From positions 68,009-132,008 of the forward strand of contig CAWKCZ010000003.1 in NCBI GenBank assembly GCA_963848285.1: a stretch of 64,000 bases of DNA, written 5' to 3'. Below the pieces are notes generated by a model that did no database searches, was not told the DNA's origin, and saw nothing but the letters and a program-made list of their open reading frames with translations. The first letter of the stretch is position 1; each line of letters starts with the position of its first letter. Both the position numbers and the translations under genes were made by a program. Origin of the DNA: an uncultured delta proteobacterium. GTDB lineage: Bacteria > Desulfobacterota > Binatia > Binatales > Binataceae. Positions 12,802 through 23,001 of the stretch are shown here, piece by piece.

Positions 12802-12817
12802 TGGCGCAGTTTTCGCA
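12802..12817 (+). promoter_or_regulatory. Weak sigma-54-type -24/-12 candidate (TGGCGC-N5-TTCGCA)
   Basis: TGGCGCAGTTTTCGCA has GG and GC at the canonical 10-nt spacing of TGGCACG-N4-TTGC. The nearest plus-strand start is 316 nt downstream (13133). Motif match only. Confidence 0.15.
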
Positions 12818-13132
12818 CCAGCGCGAATGCGCGATCAGCAGCTCGGGTCTCAACAGACCTTTAACCAGACCGAGGGTAGGGTTTTCAACGCCCGCGAGCG
12901 AAGATCGTTGAATGTGAAACGAAATCGAAGCTGGGAACGTCTAATGGGAGGACCTCACAGCGGGACAAATTTTCAAAAAAGTTGAAAAGCATGGAAATCA
13001 TGCGGCTCAAAAAAATTAAAGCAATGGTCGAATTTTTTGCCGAACCCGCTTTGCAGTCGATGCGTAATTTGATACAAGATCGTTCACGGGCTCTTCCGGA
13101 AGCACGCCGGAGTGCGCGGGAGTTTGAATGAT

Positions 13133-13537
13133 ATGAAGAGATTTGTTGCTGGGGTGGTGGTGGGCTTAATTGCAAGCTGCGCGGTTGCGTTCGCTTCGAA
13201 TGCAGCTCACGACGGCTCGTTCTGGAACAAGCTCAATCGGGCCGCGAAAGACGGCTACGTCAACGGCTACTCCGATGCCATGCGCGTCAGCGTTTCCAAG
13301 CTGGATACCTTGACCACCGCGGGCGACCTTTTCCATTGGAAGGGTTCGCGCAAAATCATTCATGAGGTCGAGTCCCAGCTCTCGATGTCCGAGCTCACCC
13401 CGCAGGATGCGGTGAATCGCCTCGACAATCTGTACGACAACCAAAAGTACAGCGAGTTGGACCTCGGTACCGCGCTGCAACTGTTGGCGCTGCGCCCGCA
13501 GGGCAACAGCCCGGCCAAGGCTCACGGCGGCAAATAA
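13133..13537 (+). CDS. Hypothetical secreted/periplasmic protein
   Basis: ATG at 13133. Signal-like MKRFVAGVVVGLIASCAVAFA. No family recognised. Followed by a canonical terminator. Confidence 0.6.
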   Translation: MKRFVAGVVVGLIASCAVAFASNAAHDGSFWNKLNRAAKDGYVNGYSDAMRVSVSKLDTLTTAGDLFHWKGSRKIIHEVESQLSMSELTPQDAVNRLDNLYDNQKYSELDLGTALQLLALRPQGNSPAKAHGGK

Positions 13538-13556
13538 CTAAAACCGGATTCGTTAC

Positions 13557-13589
13557 GAGGCGGCCTCTTCGCGAGGCCGCCTCTTTTTT
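13557..13589 (+). terminator. Rho-independent terminator
   Basis: GAGGCGGCCTC-ttcgc-GAGGCCGCCTC (perfect 11-bp stem) followed by TTTTTT, 20 nt after the stop at 13537. Confidence 0.85.
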
Positions 13590-13689
13590 CATGGGGACTC
13601 CGATCGCGAATCGAGGATCTTTGTGCAAGCGCCTCGCGACTTGAATCCACGCGGCATATGCTTAAGGCTTTAGTCGGGCAGAGTTCATC

Positions 13690-14598
13690 GTGAACGCAAG
13701 GCCACAATTGTTGGAAAAAGTCGCGCGCGCGACGGTGGGGATCCATTCGCAGGTCCCCGAGACGCACGTCTCCGCCTCGATCGGCCTGGGCACCGATCGG
13801 CGCGGCACCGGCACCCTGGTCAGCAGCGACGGCCTCATCCTGACCGTCCACTACATGCTGCTGGGCGCACAGAGCGTCATCGTCACGATGGTCAATGGCG
13901 ACCAGCTTCCCGCGAAGATCATCGCCAAGGATTATTCCACCGGCCTCGGACTGCTGAAAATCGAGGGCTCCAACTATCCGCGCGTCGAGGTCGTAAGCGC
14001 CGAGAAGAGTCTGCCCGGCGAGGAAGTCTTCAGCGTCGCAAGCCTGGGCGGTGAGAAGCGCTGCGCCGATGCCGGCATGATCACCTACACCGGGCCCTTC
14101 GATGCGGTATGGGAATTCATGCTCGATCGCTGCCTCTGCGTCACCGCCGGCTCGCTCAACATCGGGATGTCGGGCGGCCCGGTATGCAATGCGCGCGGCG
14201 AGCTGATCGGCGTTTCGTATCTCAACTTCGCCGACATGGGCCGCGCGATCCTCGCCATCCCCGGCGAATGCGTGCTGCAAACCCGCGACGAGTTGATCAA
14301 GTTTGGCAAGCGCGTCACCGCGCCCTCGAAGGCGTGGATCGGCGTGCTCTCCTACACCATGCGCGAACACGTCGTCATCGCGGGCGTAATGCCCGGCGGA
14401 CCCGGCGAGAAGGCCGGGCTGCAGCAGGGCGACCTGGTCATCACGGTCGATGGCAACGACATTAACGAACGCCGCATGCTCTACGAATCGTTGCGCAACC
14501 ACGGGCCCGGCGACATGGTGAAATTCAAAGTGCTGCGCAACAACCGCGTCATGAACATCGACATTCCCGCCGTACGCGCCGAGGACTACTTCGCATGA
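13690..14598 (+). CDS. S1C-family trypsin-like serine protease with C-terminal PDZ domain
   Basis: GTGTLVSSDGLILTVHY...DYSTGLGLLKI...NIGMSGGPVCNARGELIGV, then a PDZ-like region VIAGVMPGGPGEKAGLQQGDLVITVDG. GTG start. Confidence 0.85.
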   Translation: MNARPQLLEKVARATVGIHSQVPETHVSASIGLGTDRRGTGTLVSSDGLILTVHYMLLGAQSVIVTMVNGDQLPAKIIAKDYSTGLGLLKIEGSNYPRVEVVSAEKSLPGEEVFSVASLGGEKRCADAGMITYTGPFDAVWEFMLDRCLCVTAGSLNIGMSGGPVCNARGELIGVSYLNFADMGRAILAIPGECVLQTRDELIKFGKRVTAPSKAWIGVLSYTMREHVVIAGVMPGGPGEKAGLQQGDLVITVDGNDINERRMLYESLRNHGPGDMVKFKVLRNNRVMNIDIPAVRAEDYFA

Positions 14599-15440
14599 GT
14601 GCTGAATCCCGCGCTCGCCTGCGCGAGCTGCTCGCTTCCCGAACAAATGACCGTCGCACCGTTCAGCTTCGATTGCCTGCAGGCCAAGCTCGCCGAGCAG
14701 GCCGGCTTCCACGCGGTCTATATGACCGGCTTCGGCACCTCCGCGGCGCGTGGCTTTCCCGACCTCGGCCTGCTCACTATGAGTGAAATGGCGGCCAACG
14801 TCCGCGCGATCGCCAATGCGGTGAAGATCCCGCTCATCGCCGATGCCGACACCGGCTACGGCAATCCGATGAACGTGTGGCGAACGGTGCGCGAATACGA
14901 AGATGCGGGCGCCGCGGCGACTGCACATCGAGGACCAGGTTTTTCCCAAGCGATGCGGCTTCCTCGCGGGCAAGCAGGTCATCCCGATGGAGGAGATGAT
15001 TCCGAAGGTGCGTGCCGCCTGCGACGCGCGCCGCGATCGCAACCTCGTGATCATCGCGCGCACCGACGCGCTGGCGGTCAATGGATGGGAAGATGTCATT
15101 CGCCGCTGTCGCTCGTATCGCGAGGCTGGCGCCGACATGATCTTCGTCGACGGCATCCGCACCCGCGACGACCTCGCGACCTACGCCAAGGAGCTCACCG
15201 ACCTGCCCGCGCTCTACAACGGCGCGATGCTGCCGGTCGCCGATCTCGCGAAGCTCGGCTTCAGGCTGACCATCCACCGCCACACTCATGGTGGCCTTCG
15301 AGTCGATGCGCGCTGCGCTGCGCGAGCTGAAGGAAACCGGCTCGGTAAAAGGCGGCGGCTTGGGTGGGATGTTCGACGACTTCGTAAAGCTGATGGGCGC
15401 CCCCGAAATGGACGCGCTCGGCAAGAAGTACAACGACTGA
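14595..15440 (+). pseudogene. Isocitrate lyase/PEP mutase superfamily enzyme (carboxyvinyl-carboxyphosphonate phosphorylmutase / methylisocitrate lyase-like), frameshifts near 14640, 14910 and 15290
   Basis: Joined pieces read FDCLQAKLAEQAGFHAVYMTGFG...IPLIADADTGYGNPMNV...LHIEDQVFPKRCG...IIARTDA...YREAGADMIFVDG. The C-terminus (MVAFESMRAALRELKETG...KKYND, stop 15438-15440) is in a third frame. Confidence 0.8.
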
Positions 15441-15443
15441 TCG

Positions 15444-15585
15444 GCAGGCGAAGAATTAGCGAATAAGCATGTGATCGTCGAACTTAGTGAGTTTGTTTTT
15501 CCACTTTTGGCTTTCTCGCAACAACCCTCAAACGACGACGGCGCCCCGAAGGACGCCGCTTAACAACCATAGCACAATTCCAGAT
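15444..15585. repeat. Family-C intergenic element, copy 1 (related to 62733-63035); contains a conserved hairpin at 15540-15557
   Basis: AGGCGAAGAATTAGCGAATAAG...GAGTTTGTTTTTCCACTTTTGGCTTTCTCGCAA...GACGGCGCCCCGAAGGACGCCGC...ATAGCACA aligns with the element after 62721. On the minus strand the hairpin reads GGCGUCC-UUCG-GGGCGCC. Confidence 0.65.
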
Positions 15586-15612
15586 CGGATGCGCGACGGC
15601 TTCAGTCGGAAA

Positions 15613-15665
15613 GAGGACCAAAGCCATCGAGGATTCTAACGGGGCGGTACAACCGCCCCCTACGG
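15613..15665 (-). repeat. REP-like element, family A (GTAG plus GC hairpin), inverted orientation
   Basis: AGGACCAAAGCCATCGAGGATTCTAACGGGGCGGTACAACCGCCCCCTACGG. Near-identical to 32277-32327. Confidence 0.75.
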
Positions 15666-15766
15666 TTCGTTTGGTCGCGGCAGGGTTCCAAAATCGATGC
15701 TGGCCGAATGCCCCTTCGGAATTAGAAACATGGCCACCTCCGAAACAATGTCGTCCACCATGAAAG

Positions 15767-15820
15767 CCGTAGGGGGTGGTTCTACCGCCCCGATAGAATC
15801 CTGGTCCGCGCAGCGATCAC
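15767..15820 (+). repeat. REP-like element, family A
   Basis: CCGTAGGGGGTGGTTCTACCGCCCCGATAGAATCCTGGTCCGCGCAGCGATCAC. Same consensus as 16050, 28233 and 32164. Confidence 0.8.
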
Positions 15821-16049
15821 TTTTTCGGGGAACACACCAACCACAGGGGATTGCCCACGGATTTTGAAAGCGAACTGATTCGCGACGCTTCGGCAGGTGA
15901 TGACAATGGAGGACCGCTTCGCGGGCACGGATTTCAACTGAGCCGTACAGCCGCCCGCTACGGGTCGATGGGTGGCGAGCCTTCACGGGGTTTCCCGGGC
16001 GATTTTTCGAGCGACGTCCATCCTTCGAGACAATCGCCGGTCGACCGCA

Positions 16050-16104
16050 CCGTAGGGGGCGGTTGTACCGCCCCGAAGGAATCCTGATCCGCGCAGCGGT
16101 CATC
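16050..16104 (+). repeat. REP-like element, family A
   Basis: CCGTAGGGGGCGGTTGTACCGCCCCGAAGGAATCCTGATCCGCGCAGCGGTCATCC, just downstream of the ppdK stop. Confidence 0.8.
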
Positions 16105-16127
16105 CATCCCCCAGCGATGGCCCCTCC

Positions 16128-18878
16128 CTACACGTCCTTGAATTCGCGCTTGCCCTTTTTCGCATCGATCGCGGCTTGAGCGGCTGCCAGGCGCGCCACC
16201 GGGATGCGGTAAGGCGAGCATGAAACGTAGTTCAGGCCCAGCTCGTTGCAGGTGCGGATGCTCGCCGGGTCGCCGCCGTGCTCGCCGCAGATGCCGAGCT
16301 TCAGGTTCTTGTTGCTCTTGCGCCCGCGCTCGATCGCGATTTTCATCAGCCCGCCGATGCCCTCGGCGTCGAGCTCCTGGAACGGGTCCTTCTTATAGAT
16401 GCCGCGCACGATGTAGTCGTTGAGGAATTTCACCGAGTCGTCGCGAGAGAGACCATAGCCCATCTGGGTGAGGTCGTTGGTGCCGAAGGAGAAAAATTCC
16501 GCGGTCTCGGCAATCTGATCCGCGACGATGCACGCGCGTGGCACCTCGATCATGGTACCGACGGTAAATGCTACTTTCTGTTTGGTTTCCTTGAAGACCT
16601 CGGCCGCGACTTCGCGAATCTCGGACGCGAGGACCTCGAATTCCTTCTTCGTCCCGATCAGCGGCAGCATGATTTCCGGAATCGCCTTGACGCCCTTCGC
16701 GCGCAGTTGACAGGCAGCTTCCAGAATCGCGCGCGCCTGCGCCTTGTAGATTTCCGGATAGCTGATGCCAAGGCGCGAGCCGCGATGGCCCAGCATCGGG
16801 TTGAACTCGAACAGGCTCTCGCGGACTTGTTTGAGATGTGCCGGGGTGGTGCCGATTTTCTGCGCGAGGTCGCGAATCTCGTCCTCTTCCTTCGGCAAAA
16901 ACTCGTGCAGCGGCGGATCGAGCAGGCGCACCGTGACCGGCAGCCCCTGCATCTCCTTGAAGATGCCGATGAAGTCGTCGCGCTGCATCGGGAGGATTTT
17001 CGCCAGCGCCTTGCCGCGCTCCTTGGCGTTCTGCGCCATGATCATTTCGCGCACCGCGTCGATGCGCTCCGGGCCGAAAAACATATGCTCGGTGCGGCAC
17101 AGCCCGATGCCCTCGGCACCGAACTCGCGCGCGACTTTCGCATCATGAGGAGTGTCGGCGTTCGCGCGCACACCCATCGTGCGCTCCTTATCCGCCCACG
17201 ACATGAACTTGGTGAAGATATGATGACATTTCGGGATCGACGGTCGGCACCCGCCCGAGGATGACCTCGCCCGCGGTGCCGTCGAGGGTGATGAACTCGC
17301 CGCGACTCACGATGGTGTCGCCGGCCTTCATCTTGCCCTTGCTGTAGTCGATTTCGATCGAGGAGCATCCCGCGACGCAGCATTTGCCCATCCCGCGCGC
17401 GACCACCGCCGCATGACTGGTCATACCGCCGCGCGCCGTCAGGATTCCCTGCGCGACCTGCATCCCGTGGATGTCTTCCGGTGACGTTTCGATGCGCACC
17501 AGGATGACTTTGCGGCCCGCTTCGGAAACCGCGACCGCCTCATCGGCGGAAAATACTACTTCACCGAAGACCGCACCCGGTGAAGCCGGCAGGCCCTTCG
17601 CGATGACGGTTTTCTTGAACTTCGGATCGAGGCGCGGATGCAGCAACTGTTCGAGCTGCACCGGATCGACGCGCATCAGCGCGGTGCGGCGATCGATGAG
17701 CTTCTCGTCCGCCATGTCGGTGGCGATGCGCACTGCGGCCTCGGCTGTGCGCTTGCCGTTGCGGGTTTGCAGCATGAACAACTTGCCGACGCTCGATGGT
17801 GAATTCCATGTCCTGGCAATCTTTGAAATGCGTTTCGAGGGCTTTCGAGATTTTCAGCAGCTCGCCGTAGACTTTCGGAAAAGTTTCCTCGAGCGAAAGC
17901 GACTTGGCGCGCCGCTCATCCTCGCTCATGCCCTCGCGCTCGGCCTCCGCGAGGCCGGCCTTTTTGCTGATCGGATGCGGAGTGCGGATGCCTGCGACCA
18001 CGTCCTCGCCCTGCGCATTGACGAGGAACTCGCCGTAAATTCCCTTCTCTCCGTTGGACGGATTGCGCGTGAACGCAACGCCGGTCGCGCAGTCATCACC
18101 GAGGTTGCCGAACACCATCGACTGGACGGTGACCGCAGTGCCCCAGTCGCCCGGGATATTGTTGATGCGCCGGTAAGTGATCGCGCGCTCGTTGTGCCAT
18201 GAACCGAAGACCGCGCCGATCGCCTCCCACAACTGCTCCTCGGGATTCTGCGGAATGTCGCGGCCGACCCGTTTGCGAATCAGCGCGCGGAACTCGCTCA
18301 CCAGCTCGCGCAAGATCATCGGTCGTGAGATGCGTATCCTCGGTGACGCCGCGCGCGCTCTTCTTATGATCGAGGAGTTCCTCGAACGGATCGGGATCGT
18401 TCTTGTTCTCGGGCTTCAGCTTGAGCACGACGTCGCCGTACATCTGGCAAAAGCGCCGATACGAATCCCACGCGAAGCGCTCGTTGCCGCTGTCCTCGAC
18501 CAGACCCTTCACGGTTTCGTCGGTCAGCCCGAGGTTGAGCACGGTGTCCATCATGCCGGGCATCGAGACGCGCGCGCCCGAGCGGACGGAAAACAGCAGC
18601 GGCTTTTGGGCATCGCCGAATTTGCGCCCGAGCGCTTTTTCGACTCGCGCGACGCTTTTCTTGACGCCCTCGGTCAGGCCCTTGGGATACTTGTTGCCGT
18701 GGTCATAGAAGTAATTGCAGACCTGCGTGGAAATCGTGAAGCCGGGAGGAACCGGCAGCTTGAGCGAGGCCATCTCGGCGAGGTTGGCGCCTTTGCCGCC
18801 GAGCAGATTGCGCATGTCGGCCCGGCCTTCCGCGATGCCGGCGCCGAAAAAATAAATTTCAGGATGAACGCGTGCCAT
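16128..18878 (-). pseudogene. ppdK: Pyruvate, phosphate dikinase, frameshifts near 17200, 17780 and 18310
   Basis: Four pieces (18096-18878, 17561-18319, 17188-17781, 16128-17204) join over about 917 codons: [12 protein letters not shown]...[21 protein letters not shown]...GGMTSHAAVVARGMG...FFSFGTNDLTQM...GICGEHGGDP. Confidence 0.92.
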
Positions 18879-18897
18879 CGAAAATAATCTCCTTAAG

Positions 18898-19440
18898 ATT
18901 TCCCTCGCCTCCGCTGCGCTCCGGTCTCGGGAGCGCCTGCGGCGCGGCTTCGCCCGCTTCGCGTCTCAGTCGAAAAATTTTATGCCTAACATTTCCCCCG
19001 CCTCCGCTGCGCTCCGCTCTCGGGAGCGCCTGCGGCGCGGCTTCGCCCGCTTCGCGTCTCAGTCGGAAAAATTTTATGCCTAACATTTCCCTCGCCTCCG
19101 CTGCGCTCCGCTCTCGGGAGCGCCTGCGGCCCGGCTTCGCCCGCTTCGCGTCTCAGTCGAAAAATTTTATGCCTAACATTTCCCTCGCCTCCGCCGCGCT
19201 CCGCTCTCGGGAGCGCCTGCGGCGCGGCTTCGCCCGCTTCGCGTCTCAGTCGAAAAATTTATGCCTAACATTTCCCTCGCCTCCGCTGCGCTCCGCTCTC
19301 GGGAGCGCCTGCGGCGCGGCTTTGCCCGCTTCGCGTCTCAGTCGAAAAATTTTATGCCTAACATTTCCCTCGCCTCCGCTGCGCTCCGGTCTCGGGAGCG
19401 CCTGCGGCGCGGCTTCGCCCGCTTCGCGTCTCAATTGGAA
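18898..19440. repeat. Tandem array, six copies of a unit of about 93 bp (periods 93/94/93/92/93), between the glyQS stop and the ppdK start
   Basis: The unit ATTTCCCTCGCCTCCGCTGCGCTCCGCTCTCGGGAGCGCCTGCGGCGCGGCTTCGCCCGCTTCGCGTCTCAGTCGAAAAATTTTATGCCTAAC starts at 18898, 18991, 19085, 19178, 19270 and 19363, with only a few substitutions or indels. There are no unique spacers. Confidence 0.95.
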
Positions 19441-19457
19441 ATCTCTCCGCTTTGTGT

Positions 19458-20760
19458 TTAACGCGACCAGCCCACACGCGAAGTTAGTTCTTCCACGAGC
19501 TTGGAGATAGCGATGCGGTCCTGCGTCATCGTATCGCGGTCGCGTAAAGTCACGGTGTCATCTTCCATGGTCTGATGGTCGATGGTGATTCCGTAGGGCG
19601 TGCCGATCTCGTCCTGCCGCCGATAGCGACGGCCAATCGAACCCGCCTGGTCATATGCGACCGTGAAATGCTTTTTAAGCATCATCAGAACTTCGTTGGC
19701 TTTCTCGGGCTGGCCGCCCTTGCGCAGCAATGGATAGACGGCGGCCTTGATCGGCGCGATGCGCGGATCGAAGCGCAACACGATGCGCTCCTCGTTCTCG
19801 ACCACGTCTTCGTCGTACGCATCGAGCATGAAAACCAGCATCGCGCGGTCGACGCCCAAGCGCCGGCTCGATAACCCACGGACGGTAGCGCGCCTTCGCT
19901 TCCTCATCGAAATAGGTGAGGTCCTTGCCGCTCGCCGCCGCATGCTGATCGAGGTCGTAGCTGCCGCGCTTGGCGACGCCTTCGAGCTCGCCCCATCCGA
20001 ACGGATAGCGGTACTGAAGGTCGGTGGTGCCGCGCGAATAATGCGACAGCTCCTCCTTCGGATGCTGATGAAGCCGCAGGTTATCGCGCTTGGCGCCGAA
20101 CTTCAGAAACCATTGAGGCGATGCTCGACCCAGTACTCGAACCACTTCGCCTCTTCGGCCTCATCGGGCTTGATGAAGAATTCCATCTCCATCTGCTCGA
20201 ATTCGCGGGTGCGGAAGATGAAGTTCTCCGGCGTAATCTCATTGCGAAATGATTTGCCCATCTGCGCGACGCCGAACGGCAGCTTGACTCGCTGTGTATC
20301 TACGAGGTTCGCGAAGTTGGCGAAAATTCCCTGCGCCGTTTCTGGCCGCAGATACACCGTGCTCGCGGTATCCTCGACCGGGCCGAGGAAGGTCTTGAGC
20401 ATCATGTTGAACTGGCGCGCCTCGGTCAGCTCGCCGCCGCAATCGGGGCATTTGGTCGGATCGGGAATCTGGTCGGCGCGAAACCGATGATGGCATTTTT
20501 TGCAATCGACCAGCGGGTCGGTGAAATTTTTCAGATGCCCCGAGGCTTCCCAGGTCTTGGGATGCTGCAAAATCGCGCTGTCGAGGCCCGATCACATCGG
20601 TGCGCTCCTGCACCATGTAGCGCCACCATGCTTCCTTGACGTTGCGCTTGAGCTCGGCGCCGAGCGGGCCGTAATCGTAGGTCGAACCGAGTCCGCCATA
20701 GATGTCGCTGGTGGGAAAAACGAACCCGCGCCGTTTGCTGAGGTTCACGATTTTTTCCAT
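19458..20760 (-). pseudogene. glyQS: Glycine--tRNA ligase (dimeric class II GlyQS type), frameshifts near 19900, 20140 and 20570
   Basis: The pieces join: [42 protein letters not shown]...[25 protein letters not shown]...RFDPRIAPIKAAVYPL...YDQAGSIGRRYRRQDEIGTPYGITID. Confidence 0.92.
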
Positions 20761-20859
20761 CGTGACCGCGCGCTTTTCGACCGGTCACAGTTTGGGCGGC
20801 ATCTTCTTTACGATCTGGTGCGGACAACGAATCCTCCATGGATGCGAGCGGGCGGCCGC

Positions 20860-21397
20860 TCAGCCTAGTTTGATGATTTCGGCGGATGCGGCGCCGTTTA
20901 GAATTTCGAGAATCGCGACGGTGCCGGGAATATTGACGAGGTTGCGCGGCAGCGTCGCACTGCCCGGATTCACCACCAGCGTATCGCCGTAGCGCACGAT
21001 GCCCTCGCAGTGGCTGTGGCCCTGCACAATGACATCCATCAGGCCGCCGAAGTGACGATGCATCGCGTTGTGAAACACGCGCTCCGAGGTTTCATCGGGA
21101 GTCGGGATCGCATGCACCAGCCCGATGCGCACGCCGTCGATTTCGAGCAGATGCGCCTCGCGCACCCGGTCATCATCGGTATCGAGCTTATGCGCGTGGC
21201 CATCGAGGCCTTCGTCACCGTTGCCGAGCGCGGCGATCACCGGCGCGATGCGTCGACAGCTCATCGAGGACGCGATTCACATAGACATCGCCGGCGTGCA
21301 TGACGAGATCGACGCCGCGAAAAACCTCGAACACTGCGGGCGGCAAATGCTCGCAGGCTTCGGGGATATGAGTGTCGGAAATGATCCCGATTCGCAT
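20860..21397 (-). pseudogene. Metallophosphoesterase (YfcE/MJ0936-like), one frameshift near 21255
   Basis: MRIGIISDTHIP...VMHAGDV in ORF 21215-21466 continues in ORF 20860-21264 (GNGDE...VHAIP...VQGHSH...VVNPGS). Confidence 0.8.
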
Positions 21398-21548
21398 AAG
21401 GGTAGCGGCTGTCGATGTCCTCAAAGGCGAGCCACCAAGCCTATCACGCAGGAAAATCGCCCGCAATTTAGGCTTTTCGGCCGTCCGAGGCTACGCGCCT
21501 TTCAGCTTGATGCGGATAGGCCGCGATGCCGCCGATGCGGTGCCGCAA

Positions 21549-22583
21549 TCAGCTGATGCAAAAGGTGGCGATGTCGCTCGCGGTGTTGTGGCTGATATCG
21601 GGGCAACTGACCGGAAAGATCTCCGTGCCGTGGATGGTTCCCATCACCTGGCGGCAGCGCGCCGGCACCCCGCTATTCATGAGGAGCCGGTAGAAGGCGA
21701 CCCCTTCATCGCGCAACGGATCGCATTCGTTGACGCTAATGATGGTGGGAGGAAGCCCGGCGACGTCTGCGGAGGTAGCGAACGACGGCCACGCCAGCGG
21801 GTCGCGGTTGCGGAAAGCCTCGATGCCATAGCCCATCGCGCCGCGATTGTTATGCAGGTCGAGCAGGATTCCGTTGTTTTCGATCGAGGACGGAAATTGC
21901 GCTTGGGGCCATTCGCCGGCGATATAGGGGCACAGCGCATAAAGGCCTTTGATGAGCCCGAGGTCTCCGTCGCGCTTCAGTTTCAGGCCGGTGGCCAGGG
22001 TGAGATTTCCGCCGCCGCTCTCTCCTGCCACGACAATCCGCGCCGGATCGATGTTCAGCTTGGCGGCATTGGCGTGGACCCATTTCAGGCCCGACACGCA
22101 GTCATTCAGGCCGGCCGGAAACGGCGCGACCTCGGGGACCGACGACGGGGACAAGGCGTTGCGAAAGTCGACCATCGCAACCGCCACGCCTTTCGATGCG
22201 ATCATCCTGCCCCACGCCTGATAATTTCCGTAGGTACACGACATCGCGGCCATTCCGCCACCGTGGATGTAATAGACGCATGGCAGGCGCGTCGCATTGT
22301 CGGGACGGATGAACTGAATTTTGATGGTATTGCCATCGGGCGCCGACACGAGGCTTTCAGTGCGAATGCTCAATCCCGCCGAGGGTGCGATCTCTTCGTA
22401 GTTGGCGGAGTTGAGCCATCCCATCAGGGCGGCAGCCCGCGCCTTGCCGGCAGGGCTGTTCTCTTCCGCCAGCATCTCCTCGCGGCTGGCAGCGTTCCCT
22501 CCACCGCTCAACTGGTCCATCGCTCCGAACATTGCTTTGAGACGGGGGTCGATACGAGGATCTTGCGCGAGTTTCGATGCCAT
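21549..22583 (-). CDS. Alpha/beta hydrolase, hormone-sensitive-lipase (fold-3) type esterase
   Basis: Intact 344 aa with the oxyanion motif YYIHGGGM and the nucleophile elbow GESGGGN. Confidence 0.85.
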   Translation of the reverse strand: MASKLAQDPRIDPRLKAMFGAMDQLSGGGNAASREEMLAEENSPAGKARAAALMGWLNSANYEEIAPSAGLSIRTESLVSAPDGNTIKIQFIRPDNATRLPCVYYIHGGGMAAMSCTYGNYQAWGRMIASKGVAVAMVDFRNALSPSSVPEVAPFPAGLNDCVSGLKWVHANAAKLNIDPARIVVAGESGGGNLTLATGLKLKRDGDLGLIKGLYALCPYIAGEWPQAQFPSSIENNGILLDLHNNRGAMGYGIEAFRNRDPLAWPSFATSADVAGLPPTIISVNECDPLRDEGVAFYRLLMNSGVPARCRQVMGTIHGTEIFPVSCPDISHNTASDIATFCIS

Positions 22584-22717
22584 GGCGTTTGCTCCGCGAT
22601 TTTCTTAACGGCGATCTCGTGAAGGTTAAATCTCGTCAAGTCCTAGTCGGGCGCTGAAGCCGCCGTCAAGTGATCGTCGCCATATCTCATTTGCGGTCTT
22701 TGGATTCCAGCGGAGGA

Positions 22718-22741
22718 ACACAGACTAAAGTCTGTGCTACA
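22718..22741 (-). repeat. REP-like hairpin, family D (TGTAGCACAG-stem)
   Basis: ACACAGAC-TAAA-GTCTGTGCTACA. The reverse complement TGTAGCACAGACTTTAGTCTGTGT matches 26360-26383 (TGTAGCACAGGCTTCAGCCTGTGT) with compensating stem changes. Confidence 0.6.
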
Positions 22742-23001
22742 TCCAGAGAGCAAAGAATTCCTGAATCGCGCGCAGCGCGCTGGATAAGGTCCCACTCCAG
22801 GTTCCTCGCAGACTCGGAACCAACCTCGCCCATCGGGCGAGGATTTGGGATCCGTGCCCGAGGGCCTCTGGCCATATCGATGTCATCAACCGTGGGCGCG
22901 GGAAGATCAATCGCGATCGCATCGTGCGCTTGAACCGAGGTCGAGGGAGCATGCTAAGAGTGATGCTACTGCTGCATCGGATTCGTCGTCGGGAGGAATT
23001 T

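Noticed and set aside
18898-19440. Regularly spaced repeats that might have been a CRISPR array
   Set aside because: The whole 93-bp period repeats, so there are no unique spacers between repeats. The unit is far longer than a CRISPR repeat, and no cas genes are nearby. It is a plain tandem repeat.
18872-19510. 212-aa plus-strand ORF (and minus-strand ORFs 18859-19086 and 19246-19434) running through the tandem array
   Set aside because: The frame stays open only because the unit length is close to a multiple of 3. The 92- and 94-bp copies shift the frame, so the 'protein' repeats are not conserved. There is no RBS, and the composition is low-complexity.
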